This document shows, piece after piece, positions 1-12,500 of a stretch of 64,000 nt of DNA. The position numbers and the translations under genes are program-made. Within the stretch, counting starts at the first letter, position 1; each line of letters starts with the position of its first letter. This stretch comes from Centroscyllium fabricii (Eukaryota), in assembly GCA_051313645.2 (NCBI GenBank), contig JBNRSN020000003.1:506230001-506294000 (forward strand), written 5' to 3'. The notes beneath the pieces are model-generated. The model saw nothing but the letters and a program-made list of their open reading frames with translations, had not been told where the DNA came from and did no database searches.

Positions 1-204
1 TTGTAAGTGTTCTATCCCCGGGCTCCCTCCCGGCGAATGTTCTACCCGCGCGCTCCGGGCCCCGGGGAGTGTTCTACCCGCGCGCTCCGGGCCCCGGGGA
101 GTGTTCTACCCACGCGCTCCCCCCGAACCTTCAGTGGTTCGGAATTTTCAGTGGTCCGGCACCGGCCTGGTCCCGAGGGTGCCGGATTACCTGTGCTCAA
201 CCTG
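1..204 (-). mobile_element. Tc1/mariner-pogo-type MITE, one end only (continues beyond window start)
   Basis: Ends in GTGCTCAACCTG followed by TA. It is the reverse complement of the start of the MITE at 7005-7315. Carries ~32-bp GC-rich tandem repeats (gtgttctacccgcgcgctccgggccccgggga). Confidence 0.7.
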
Positions 205-999
205 TACAGACTTCTTCACAACGACCTCAACATAATGAAAGAATGGCTTGGTTCCAGCTATGAAAAGTAAAACCTTAGCACCCCAAGGCAAAAGACAAAC
301 TCATCACACACAAGATGCATAAATGCGAATTGGTAACTAAACTGCAAGAGATTTTGAAGCTGAACGGTAGGTGGCTGGCAGTTCGACAAAGTGGGCAGAC
401 AAGAGCAAGAGGGAATTATGAGTGCGAAAGTGAGAGCAAGAGTCAAAACAGAACCAGACAAAGAGCAAGAGTGCGAGCTTGAGACACCACAATTCAGAAC
501 GCATGTGTTCATGTGATTCAGTACCCAGTCTACAAGGAGACTGACTGCAACCTAGACATTAAATGGTTGGGTATATTTTTGTGGTTGGTTGGAAGGACTT
601 GCATTTATACTGTACCATTTTAAGCATGTATGGCACTGGATTGAAAAGGATATAAAAGAGATAGGTATGAGAGAGAAAGCAGGCGAACGGCTGATGGACA
701 AATCAAGCTACAGGAAGTTCTAGCTGACCGTACCAGAAAATATTTACATTAATGACATAATTTTTGTTTGTTTTTGTTTCAGGCCCAAAGGAGGGCTGGC
801 GAGAGCTCCAGTGCATATCGTGAAGGAATACAAGAACCAGCCCAAGCTGCAATGTGGAAACCAGGATATCTCCCCTCAAAGAGTTTGTTGTTCAACATCA
901 TCTTTTGCACAAGTTTGACATTGTTTCCTGAATGAAGACATTTTAATACAGCAATGCATCCCAGATTTTTTTTTCCAATTGACACCCAGTTTTAGAGGA

Positions 1000-1540
1000 G
1001 CAGAAATGTTCTCCAATTAAATATTGGATAGACCGAAGCCATTGTTTTCGGTCCCCGCCACAAACTCCATTCCCTAGTCATTGGCTCCATCCCCCTTTCT
1101 AATATCATCTGAGGCTGAACCACACTGTTCACAACCTTGGTGTCATATTGGACCCTGAAATGAGCTTCTGACCACATATCTGCAGTATAACTAAGACCGC
1201 CTATTTCCACCTCCGTAACATCGCCCGTCTCCACCCTTACCTCAGCTCATCAGCTGCTGAAACCCTCATCCATACCTTTGTTACCTCTAGACTTGACTAT
1301 TCCAACACTCCTGGCTGGCCTCCCACGTTCTACCTACGTAAACTTGAGGTGATCCAAAACTCAGCTGCCCATGTTCTAACTCACACCAAGTTCCGTTCAC
1401 CCATCTCCCCTGTGCTCACTGACCTACATTGGCTCCCAGTTAAGCAATGCCTCGATTTCAAAATTTTCATCCTTGTTTTCAAATCCCTCCATGGCCTCGC
1501 CCCTCCCTATCGCTATAATCTCCTACAGCCCCACAAATCC
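1000..1540 (+). mobile_element. L2 LINE 3' fragment (decayed RT C-terminus)
   Basis: Typical L2 ORF2 C-terminal peptide (IQNSAAHVLT..SPISPVLTDLHWLPVKQCLDFKI..LHGLAPPY). Confidence 0.75.
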
Positions 1541-1809
1541 CGCAAATCAGGAAGCTGTCATTAGGTGCTGTTAAGCTTGCAATTTTAAAAGCCTAAAGAT
1601 TGCAGATAGAAAGAAAGACTGAGGGAAATGAAAAGATCTGTTCCAGTTTTAGAAATTTTGCAAATTAGTGAGTGATACAGAAGGTGTTATGTTTTGCAAA
1701 TAATAAGTCACACAGAAGGCAATTTCCAAATTACGACATTAAAGAGCGAGATTCTCTCCTCCCCAGAGTTGATGGTACCGAACCAGCCCAAATCTTTGCT
1801 AGCTTGGTC

Positions 1810-1942
1810 TCTTCTTTGTCACCTGAGGAAGGAGCTTCGCTCCGAAAGCTTGTGATTTAAAATAAAACGTTGGACTATAAACCTGGTGTTGTGTGACTTT
1901 TTGCATTTGTCCACCCCAGTCCAACACCGGCACCTCCACATT
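1810..1942 (+). mobile_element. Penelope family A terminal repeat (pLTR) remnant
   Basis: Same sequence as the 3' end of the Penelope at 16895-18505. Confidence 0.75.
1819..1855 (+). ncRNA. Minimal type I hammerhead ribozyme (Penelope family A)
   Basis: TCAC-CTGAGGA-A-GGAGC-ttc-GCTCC-GAAA-GCTT-GTGA: both core boxes, stems I and II, palindromic minimal stem III. Confidence 0.75.
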
Positions 1943-2879
1943 ATGGTCTAGTTTCAGCCAACATCGCCACTTGCAGCAGACAGCGGATAATCCCAATCTT
2001 TAGCACAGCACTTTCAAGGGAGCCCCATTCACTCCTTTCCTGGAGGCATTGTTACCTGTGTAATGTGTCCAATCTCACTCACTTCGGAGACGAGGGGCGC
2101 AAAACTGGGTTCGCTAGTGGGTGTTAGGAGTGCCATTCGGGGACCAAAAGCGCATCACAATCCCTGCACCCGTTTTTGGGGGTTATCCATTGTAGGCCCC
2201 AAGGTGCTTTTAAATTTGCCACTTTGATTGTTCAGGTCACAGGGCCATTGCTCCACAGTGTGCTACATTTTGACAGTGAGGCTATGAAAACCAGCTCCTT
2301 TATCCGGACAGCAGAATCATAGGTCATGAAAACATGGGTAAGGGAAATGGTTTTAGCAAAGTGAAGCTGGAACATGGATGGCAGTTTTCTGCAAGGCCAA
2401 CTGTAAAAGTATTAAATTTAATAGTAATTGGTTTAAAAATATTAAGAGTGTTATCTCATTCTTGACATAAACACAGCTCTGTTAATTTAAATAGGGCTCC
2501 TCGCTGTCTCACTCGTTCTGATCATCTCACTCCCAATATTTTCCCAGTTGATGTCAATCAACTCTGAATGATGCTCCGTGCCAAGAGACGAAGATGCAGC
2601 ACAAATTAACTAAAAGCAAAACGTTTTATTGCGTGCAAGTGAAGTCTGCAGTATTACTTCAGCAAGGACAACTGTACTGAAATGTTAGAGGCACATTAAT
2701 CGTCATGATTCAGAGGACATTCCGACTGCTGCTACAGAAATTTACAACACGAGAAAATAGGAAGGATGGATGATCGGAATAACTGCAGGCTTCAGAGGCT
2801 GCTATGGAGGCAGGGAAAGCTGCAGACACTGGGGAGCTGTTTACAGGAGTCCGATGTACTCAATATGATGCATTGAGGG

Positions 2880-4514
2880 CCCCAAACACCCCTTCCAGGT
2901 GAAAGTGATTTACTTGTACTTCTTGCAATCTAGTATACTGTATTCGTTGCTCACAATGTGGTCTCCTCTACATTGGGGAGACCAAACGCAGATTGGGTGT
3001 CCACTTTGTGGAACACCTCCGTTCAATCCGTAAGGGTGACCCTGAGCTTCCGGTCGCCTGTCACTTTAATTCTCCCACTCTGATCTCGCTGTCCTTGGCC
3101 TATTACATTACATAGAAACATAGAAGATAGGAGCAGGAGTAGGCCATTCGACCCCTCGAGCCTGCTCCGCCATTCAATGCGATCATGGCTGATCATCCAA
3201 TTTCAGTACCCTGTCCCTGCTTTCTCCCCATATCCTTTGATCCCTTTAGCCTTAAGCAATATATCTAACTCTTTCTTGAATATAGTTAATGAATTGGCCT
3301 CTACTGGCTTCTGTGGCAGAGAATTCCACAGGTTCACCACTCTCTGGGTGAAGAAATTCCTCCTTATCTCTGTCCTAAATGGCTTACCCCTTATCCTTAG
3401 ACTGTGACCCCTGGTTCTGGACTCTCCCACCATTGGGAACATCCTTCCTGCATCGAGTCTGTCCAGTCCTGTCAGAATTTTATAAGTTTCAATGAGGTCC
3501 CCTCTCATTCTTCTAAACTCCAGTGAGTACAAGCCCAATTGACCCAATCTCTCCTCATACATCATTCCTGCCATCCCAGGTATCAGCCTGGTGAATCTTC
3601 ACTGCACTCCTTCCATGGCAAGAACATCCTTCCTTAGATAAGGTGACCAAAACTGTACACAAGATGTGGTCTCACCAAGGCCCTGTACAACTGCAGCAAG
3701 ACATCCTTGTTCCTGTACTCAAACCCTCTCACTACAAAGGCCAACATACCATTTGTCTTCTTAACCGCCTGCTGCACCTGCATGCTTACCTTCAGCGACT
3801 GGTGCACAAGGGCGCCCAGGTCTCATTGCACTTCCCCTTCTCCCAATCTATTGCCATTCAGATAATAATCTTCCTTCTTGTTTTTGACACCAAAGTGGAT
3901 AACCTCGCATTTATCCACGTGTTACTGCATCTGCCATGTTTCTGCCCAATCACCCAACCTGTCCAAATCATACTGGAGTTTCTTGGCATCCTCCTCACAG
4001 CACACATGCCCACCCAGCTTTGTCTCATCTGCAAACTTGGAGATATTATATCGTTCCCCGGAAGCTCAGCGTAAGCTCGGGGAACAGTACCTCATCTTCC
4101 GATTAGGCACTTTACAGCCTTCCGGACACAATATCGAGTTCAACAGTTTCAAATCATAACCTTATTTTTTATCTGCACCTTTGTTTTGGCCCTCCCCCCT
4201 CCACATGGCAGCTGTCTCCCATTCTGCCAGCGCATTTCACACCTAATCTAGAGCCGTCTTCTGTCTCCAATAGTCCTATCACCATCTCGTCTCGTTTTGA
4301 ATACTTCTTATTGTCTCTTCTCTTCGTTCTCTCCCAGCCCCCTACTGGCCTTCTAATCTGTTTCATTTCCTTGCTTCTTCAGCCTTGACAAAGGGTCCCG
4401 ACCCGAAACGTTGACTCTATTTCTCTCTTCACGGATGTTGCCTGGCCAGCTGAGTTTTTCCAGCATTTTCTGTTGTTATTTCAGATTTCCAGCATCCGCA
4501 GTATTTTGCTATCG
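2880..4514 (+). mobile_element. Penelope family B 3' fragment (GIY-YIG endonuclease + pLTR), split by a CR1
   Basis: Encodes LVYCIRCSQCGLLYIGETKRRLG (GIY-YIG). Resumes after ~4050 with QRKLGEQYLIFRLGTLQPSG, then a pLTR with a degenerate hammerhead at ~4383-4416. Confidence 0.75.
3110..4047 (-). mobile_element. CR1 LINE, 5'-truncated
   Basis: CR1 ORF2 C-terminus (YEERLGQLGLYSLEFRRMRGDLIETYKI..FFTQRVVNLWNSLP), 3' UTR stem-loop and (TTCTATGT)n tail. Confidence 0.9.
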
Positions 4515-5753
4515 TACTCAATATGAATACGTGCAGCCGGCCCAGACAGCACCTTGCAGATCGTGATAAGCCAGTGATTTTTCAAACTCTTTAATTTTGG
4601 TGGCCCCCAGCAAAAAATGCCTGCGCTCCCAGTAAACCCTCACCCCCTGTCCTAACGGCAAAAGAAAACTTCAGCTACCTAAAGTAAAACAGTTCCATTA
4701 ATGCAGCAAACATTAAATATACAGCAACAGAAAAAAAATACAGCTGGGCAGAAATCTGATCACCTTCTGGATCCCACCGGAATCGCCCTTCCAAAGCTCT
4801 TGCTCCCTTTTTGATAACTTATTGGATAACCCTCTTCCTTCACTTGTCCCCTCCCTCCATCCAGGCAATCACGCAGCGGGTTTTGCAGAACTGTTTTTGA
4901 ACATTGGGAATTTGATGCACAAAATCTGTACTGTAAGCAGTTTGAAATCTAACTTTTTTTCAACAAAAATATTGGCCCGACTTGAAGAAAATTGGGATTT
5001 AAAAAAAAAAAAAATACAAATGCTGAAGACTAAAGAAATGTTCACCATCTTCACATGATACCGAACAGCGTTTACAGATTTCTGTACAGACCCACAACCA
5101 AAGTTTAAATGTCTGAAAATTCTTCCATGCATTATACTTATCCATTATGACTTTTCCTATGGGATACAGGTAATGCTACCAATGCATTTCGACCCCAATG
5201 TCTGGTAAAACTGTACATTCATATTTACAGTACAATTAAAAAATATAATTGTTCTTTTAGATTGAAGCACCGGTACTTGGATCTCTTCATAAAAGGTTTA
5301 CTGGTCTTCAATAGGAGGGAGTCTTTGGCTCAGTGGTACCATTCCCATCTCAGGGTCATAATGTGTAGTCTTCGAACCCCGCTCCAGGCTCCGGCTTGGA
5401 ATTCTGGGTTGACTTCCAGGGGGATACTTGTGTCTGGTGGGTGTGGGTGACCTCCCCTCACCTTTCTCACCATCTGGACTAACTACCATATCGGCTGGTA
5501 TAAAGATGGCTACTTCCATGGTTACGTTGCAACCTCTCAAATTGTGTGAACCCTTCCACTACTTAACACTATTCTCTCCATGGGAAGATGTGAAAATGTG
5601 AAAATCAAAAATAAAATGCCTCCCAATTTTTTTTGCTAAATTAGAGGTGAACAAATAAATGTACACACACACACACACACACATTGAAGAACCTCATCAA
5701 TTCATTTTTGTTTAACTGCCACTTGCGTTACAAAGTAGACTGGATTACTGGGA

Positions 5754-5977
5754 AATAACAACAGAAAATGCTGGAAAAACTCAGCAGGCCAGGCAACATC
5801 CGTGGAGAGAGAAATAGAGTCGACGCTTTGGGTTGAAACCCTTCTGTACGTTCTGTAGAAGGGTTTCGACCCGAAACGTTGACTATTTTTCTCTCGACGG
5901 ATGTTGCCTGGCCCGCTGAGTTTTTCCAACATTTTCTGTTGTTATTTTGGATTTCCAGCATCTGCAGTATTTTGCTG
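5754..5977. mobile_element. Fold-back Penelope family B mini-insertion (two inverted pLTR ends)
   Basis: Inverted repeat arms. 14-bp TSD CTGGATTACTGGGA at 5740-5753 and 5978-5991. Confidence 0.8.
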
Positions 5978-6847
5978 CTGGATTACTGGGACATGGCTGG
6001 TATTTAAAAACATCTCCTTGATGTCACAGCATTTTCGGGATGAAGAGCAGAATGATAGAACTGGAACTTCCCAGTGAGCATCCACTCCTCGCTCCAAATA
6101 TCAACACATTTCTTATTGCATTCTGCATCTTCAGTCTGAAGAGCACTTTAAAAAAAAAAAAAATGCAAAATATACATTACGTTCTTGACCTCATTTAACA
6201 CAAACGGTCTTCTGTGCCCCTCGTGAATTCAGATCCAGAAAGCTGTTGTCTTCAATCGGCTGCTACTTGGTTTAGGATTTCCTTTACCTTATGATACCAG
6301 CTGTTTTGTCATCAATAAAAATTTGTATGTGAGGGACAGTGCACCTAAACACAACCCAACAATGAGTTATTGTATGCCTTCTACCAACAGCTGGTATTTC
6401 TCTCAAAATACTGTAACTCATTCAAATTGTGCCCAGCTTCACTATTCACTGGGATGGCATGTTCTGCCAAGTTGCCATAGTGATATGTTAATAGCTTTAA
6501 CACAATTGTTAATTAAAAAATTTTTTTTTTAGCAATGTCCTCTATGCTCATCATTTTACATTAGATTGAAGCAAGTCCTATATTTCACATTGTATCCCTG
6601 CACACTGATTAGCTGGAATCCACGTCCTTATACCTCATTTACACTCTGTGGCTGCTGCCACTATCAGCATTTCAAAGGGTGGAAACTTTGTAACATCTGG
6701 AACGGAGGTACAAAATCTCTCGGGTGATTTTCACCCCAGCGCGAGACTAGAATCAGTGCAGTGTAAACCAAATGTGGAATGCAAGTCCTTCCCATCCATC
6801 CCAACATTTACATCAATCACAAGGGACCAACCAGTGCAGATAGTTAA

Positions 6848-8400
6848 AAGCCCATGGGATCCAGGACAAAGTGTCAAGTTGGATTCAAAACTGGCTCGGA
6901 GACAGGAAGCAGAGGGTAATGGTTGATGGCCGTTTTTGTGACTGGAAGGCTGTTTCCAGTGGAGTTCTGCAGGGCTCAGTACTGGTCCCTTGCTTTTTGT
7001 GGTGCAGGTTGAGCACCGTTAATCCGGCACCCTCGGGACCAGGCTAGTGCCGGACCATTGAAAATGCCGAACCACTGAAGGTTCAGGGGGAGCGTGCAGT
7101 AGAACACTCCCCGGGAGCCCGGGGATAGAACACTTACAAAACCTAAAAAAACAGAAACCCAAACGCCCGACGCCTTCGACGCTCGCTCACCCTTCCCGGA
7201 AAACGGTGGCGCCGCCGAGCGGCTGCTCCACAAAATGAAGAACGCCAGTTTCCAATCGTGCCGGACAACTGAAGCTGCTGGACCATCAGGTGCCGGATTA
7301 CCAGTGCTCAACCTGTATATATCAATGATCTAGACTTGAATATAGGGGGTATGATTAAGAAGTTTGCAGATGATACTAAAATTGGCTGTGTGGTTGATAC
7401 TGAAGGAGGGAGCTGTAGACTGCAGGGAGATATCAATAAATTGGTCAGAACAGTGGCAAATGGAATTCAATCCGGAGAAGTGTGAGGTAATGCATTTGGG
7501 GATGGCTAACAAGGAAAGGGAATACACATTAAATGGTAGGACACTGAGTAGTGTAGAGGAACAAAGGGACCTTGGAGTGCATGTCCACAGATCCCTGAAG
7601 GTAGCAGGCCAGGTAGATAAGGTGGTTAAGAAGTCATACGGAATGCTTGCCTTTATCAGCCATGGCATAGAATACAAGAGCAGGGGGGTGGGGGGGGGGG
7701 TTATGCTTCAAATGTATAAAACACTAGTTAGGCCTCAGCTAGAGTACTGCGTGCAGTTCTGGTCACCACATACAAGGCTACGGTCCAAATGCAGGAAAGT
7801 GAGATTAGAATAGACTAGGTTTGGATGGGCGGCACGAACGTGATGGGCCGAAGGGCCTCTTTCTGTGCTGTATGACTCTATGACTCTATTACAGGAAAGA
7901 TGTGAGTGCAATAGAGAGTGTACAGTGGAGATTTACAAGGATGTTGCCGGGAGTAGAGAATCTTAGCTATGAGGAAAGACTGGATAGGCTGGGTCTGTTT
8001 TCCTTGGAACAGAGGAGTCTGAGGGGAGACCTTATTGAGGCGTATAAAATTATGAGGGGCATAGATAAAGTTGATAGAAAGGACCGCGTTCCCTTAGCAG
8101 AGGGGTCAAAAACCAGGGCGCACGGATTTAAAGTAATTGGTGGAAGGTTTAGAGGGGATTTGAGGGGAAATTTCTTCACCCAGAGGGTTGTGGGGGTCTG
8201 GAACTCACTGCCTGAAAGGGTGGTAGAGGCAGGAACCCTCACCACATTTAAAAAGTACTTGGATGTGCACTTGGGATGCCCTAACCTGCAGGGCCATGGA
8301 CCAAGAGCTGGGAAGTGGGATTAGGCTGGATAGCTCTTTATTGGCTGGCGCAGACACAATGGGATGAAATGGCCTCCTTCCGTGCTGTAACTTTCTATGT
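6848..8400 (+). mobile_element. CR1 LINE, 5'-truncated, decayed; interrupted by a MITE and by a second CR1 3' tail (~7772-7888)
   Basis: RT motifs KFADDTK, WQMEFNPEKCEVMHLG, RPQLEYCVQFWSP, FFTQRVV. The inner insert ends in (GACTCTAT)n. Confidence 0.88.
7005..7315 (+). mobile_element. Tc1/mariner-pogo-type MITE (311 bp)
   Basis: TIRs CAGGTTGAGCAC..GTGCTCAACCTG. Flanked by TG and TA (TA target, left copy mutated) inside the CR1 RT. Confidence 0.8.
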
Positions 8401-8486
8401 GGTTGGGTTAAGCTGTGTTTGTAATGAAGAGCTGCGGTGTCCAAAGGGGTTTTATACCCTTATCTATATAACAATCTATATATTTT

Positions 8487-9304
8487 GGGCCAGAATTTCC
8501 TGTGGCCCAGAGGAGCTGCACACGCACGGAGGGGGTCCAAAATGCCCCGTGCCACGGAACGGAGATTTCCAATGCTGAGGGAGAAGGGCCCTCAGCATCA
8601 AACGCAGGAGTGAGTTGCACCCAGAATTTGCAATCAAAAAGGGTGATTTTTGGTGAGTGATTCTGTGGGCAACTGGCCCACAAGCTGCACCCGGGAAAAA
8701 CAGTAGTAAACTCGTGCGTGAGGGACAAGATTTAGTTACTAAAGCAGGTAAGTTAATTTTTTTACTTTAATTTTAATTTTTTTACAGTTTTTGGGAGTAA
8801 TGTGGCCAGATCGGTAGCGTTACATTTTTAAGTTAAAGTTTCAAAACAAATTTTACAAATCCGATTTTAAGTTAATTTACCTGTTTCAAATCGCTAATTT
8901 TTAAAGTTACATTTCTGAAATTTTTAACTATCTAGCTATTAAAAAATCTAAGATAAAAAATGGCAGAGACTTACCTAGCATTTCTTCCTGAGAAGCTGCT
9001 GTGCCCGCGCTGCTCCCCGCCGAGTCTGTGAGTGCAGCTCCGCACGTCCCTGCTCTCACAAAGGTCCGACTTGGGATCTGTGCGCATTTTTTAAATTTAA
9101 ATTAGGGATCTGGGGGCGTTTTTTATTTAAATTTGGGATCTGTGGGCGGGGCATACACTGCGCACCTAGCGTGGCTGGACTGCCACGCATCGCAGGAACG
9201 GGGAGGAAAGTCAGGGAGCAACTTCTGTGCGATATTGGTGCGTGCGATAGGTGTCCGCAGGGTCCTAGCGCACGCACCAACCTGCACAGACGAAATTCTG
9301 GCCC
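8487..9304. mobile_element. Non-autonomous DNA transposon (Harbinger-like termini) inside the Gypsy 3' LTR
   Basis: Perfect TIR GGGCCAGAATTTC..GAAATTCTGGCCC. Absent from the sister LTR. Confidence 0.8.
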
Positions 9305-9583
9305 AATGACTCCGGGGTGGAGAGTTTAGTTAATGGTCATTTTATTTACAATGTGCTTCAAGGCACTACATTTCCCATAGTGCCCTGCAAATCACCACTA
9401 CGGTATCCCATATGGGACAATTCTAATACACATTCAAAATACACAACATATTCCTCCCCTTTAAAATAGAATGTCTACAAAACAGAATAACTGAAAATGA
9501 CTATAACTTTGGAAGAGAGGGTAGACTGCCTCTACATTCCGCTAACCCTGGGGATTATTCTGCCCCATGTACACAGGTTAGCA

Positions 9584-12500
9584 CTAACTGTAACTAGGGT
9601 GCTCTGGAGGCTGCCTTTCTCTTTGGGGGTAACGCCTATTCTCAGGAGCAGGCTCTGGCTGTCTCTCCCATGACCCTGCAGGCATGGCTTCCTCCCTCGA
9701 TGGCACAAGCGTGGATGGTGCCACCGTCTCAGGGTCGGATGACCAGTCCCTGCTGGAGCCCCCAGCAGGTCCTTGATCCTCTGTTTCTTGGGTTACCTGT
9801 GGCGACTGTCTTGGCAATAACTGGTCTACATGCCATCTCCATGTTCGGTCATCTCCGGTGCGGACTCGGTATGAAACGGGGCCCGTCTTTTGAATGACCG
9901 TAGCCAGGACCCACTGCTCCGGGATGGTGTAGTTACACGTGAGGACTTTGCCCCCCGCCACAAAGTTTCGTTCTTTGGACCTCTGAGCTCGTCTGCCGAC
10001 ATGATCCTGCTGATTGGCGTGCACCACTGCTTCCGTGGGCTTTGGCCTCAGCAGGTCAAGGCGTGTCCGTAGCTGCCTTCCCATGAGTAGGTAAGCAGGA
10101 GATGCTCCAGTCGTAGCATGAGGCATGTTTCAGTATTTCAGCAAGAAAGCATTCAGGCGCTGCTTTAGAGGAGCATTACTTCTTGCAGCTTTCAACGCGC
10201 ATTTCAGCGTTCTGACAAATCTCTCCGCCAATCCATTCGTGGATGGATGATACAGCATGGAGAACGTGTGCTGGATTCCATTGCTCGAGGAACTCCATCT
10301 CCTGGGATGTGAATTGTGTTTCATTGTCGGTTACGATCTGCTCCGGCAGACCAAATCACCCGAACATCTCTCTGTGTATTTCTTAAGGCTAGAGGGATCA
10401 AGGGATATGGGGAGAAGGCAGGGACAGGGTACTGAGTTTGGATGATCAGCCATGATCTCATTGAATGGCAGAGCAGGCTCGAGGGGCCAAATGGCCTACT
10501 CCTGCTCGTATTTTCTATGTTTCTATCTATGTTTCTAGAGTCTCGATGGTTTTCTCCGCAGTGGTAGTGGACATTACTGCAACCTCCAGCCATTTGGAAT
10601 GGGAGTCCACCGTGACCAGGAACATTGCTCCTTCAACTGGTCCCGCGAAGTCCAGATGGATCCGTTGCCACGGTGTCGCCGGCCATTCCCATGGATGCAG
10701 TGGCGCTGCTCTTGGTGTATCCCTGGTTGTCTCACATGATGGGCATGATTTCGCTTCAACTTCAATTTCCTGATCCAGACCAGGCCACCGGAAGTAGCTT
10801 CGTGCCAGCGCCTTCATCCGGACAATACCACAATGTCCTGAGTGCAGCTCGTTGAGGACCTGTTTCCACAGCTTTGGTGGTATGATCACTCGCATGCCCC
10901 AAAGGAGGCATTTGGACATGACAGACAACTCCTTCCCTCGACAGGTAAGGTAGGAACTCAGGTGGTGCGTCTGACACCTGTGATCCGTCTCCTCGCATCA
11001 CCCGATCCAGCATCTTGGATAGTGTAGGGTCCACTCTGGTCTCTTTCTGGACCTGCCGGGCCGTGACGGGGCATTGCTCACCATGTCAAAGTAGAAGATC
11101 TTCTGCTCACAGTCTTCAGAGGGCACAGGCAGCGGGAGTCTTGACAATCCGTTCGCATTGCTATGTGCTGCTGACCTCCGGTATTTGATGCTGCATCCTG
11201 CACGCTGCCAGGGAGGGTATTCTTGTGTGTGGACCAAAGATCGATGTCAGAGGACGATGATCCGTCAGCAAGATGAATTTCCTTCCAAACAAGTAGTGAT
11301 GGAACTTTGTGATTCCAAAGATGCCCAAAGCCTCCTTTTCGATCTGCGGGTATTTCACCTCCGCCTTACTCAGGGACCTTGACGCGAATGCAATCGGCTT
11401 CTCTTCGCCGGAGGGAAAGATGTGGGACACGACCGCGCCGACGCCATAAGGCGACGCGTCACAGGCCAGCTGAATCTGCAACGACGGGTCAAAGTGCGAC
11501 AACACTCTGGGGTCAGTCAAAGCTGCTTTGGCTTTCTTGAATGCAGCTTCGCACTCCTTCGTCCAAGCCCGGGCCTAGCCCTGACACAGCAACTCATGTA
11601 ATGGCTTCAAAAGTGATGCCAGCTGTGGAATAAACTTTCCATAATAGTTCAGGAGACCTAAGAATGACCGCAGCTGGCCGACATTTGTAGGTGCAAGAGC
11701 GTCGGCAATGGCTTTCACTTTCGACGGTGCTGTGTGTAGGCCGTCCGCGTCGATGACATGGTCTAGGTACTCCACTGATGGCTTGAAAAATTCGCATTTG
11801 TCCTTGCGAACGTGTAAGCCATATTCTTCAAGTCTGCCCAGTGTCTTAGTCAGGTTCTGCAGATGCTCGTTGTCGTCCTTTCCTGTGACAAGGATATCAT
11901 CGAGATAACATTGTGCCCCTGGATTGCCGCTTAAGATCTGGTCCATAGCCCGCTGAAACAATGCTGGTGCTGACGTTATACCAAAGGGTAGGCGGCAGTA
12001 CCTGTAGAGGCCCTTGTGGTGATGGTGAGGTACTTCTGTGAGATCTCTTCTACATGCATCTGCAAGTAGGCTTGGCATAGATCAATCTTGCTAAACTTCT
12101 GATCACCTATTAGACCCACGAAAAGATCTTCAATGATGGGGAAGGGGTACTGTTCAGCTGAGAGCACAGGATTCACTGTTACTTTAAAATCTCCACATAA
12201 GCAAACCGTGCCATCACTCTTCATCATTGGTACCACGGGCGTGGCCCACTCACTGTGCAAAACCGGCATCAGGACCCCTATCTTGACCAGACGCTCCAGG
12301 TCAGCCTCCACTTTTGGTTTGTGGGCATAGGGAACGTTCCTGGTCTTCAGGAATCGTGGCTGGATGTCAGGCTTCACCTGGAGTTTGACCGTAATCCCCT
12401 TCATACTCCCCAATTCTCCATCAAAGACAGCTACATGCTTTGTCAACACTGTCGCTAGCCCTGCCTCTTCGACTGACACCGCATTAACTTTTTTCCAATC

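Noticed and set aside
783-935. Possible exon after a polypyrimidine-AG acceptor
   Set aside because: All frames end quickly, no peptide is recognisable and there is no partner exon.
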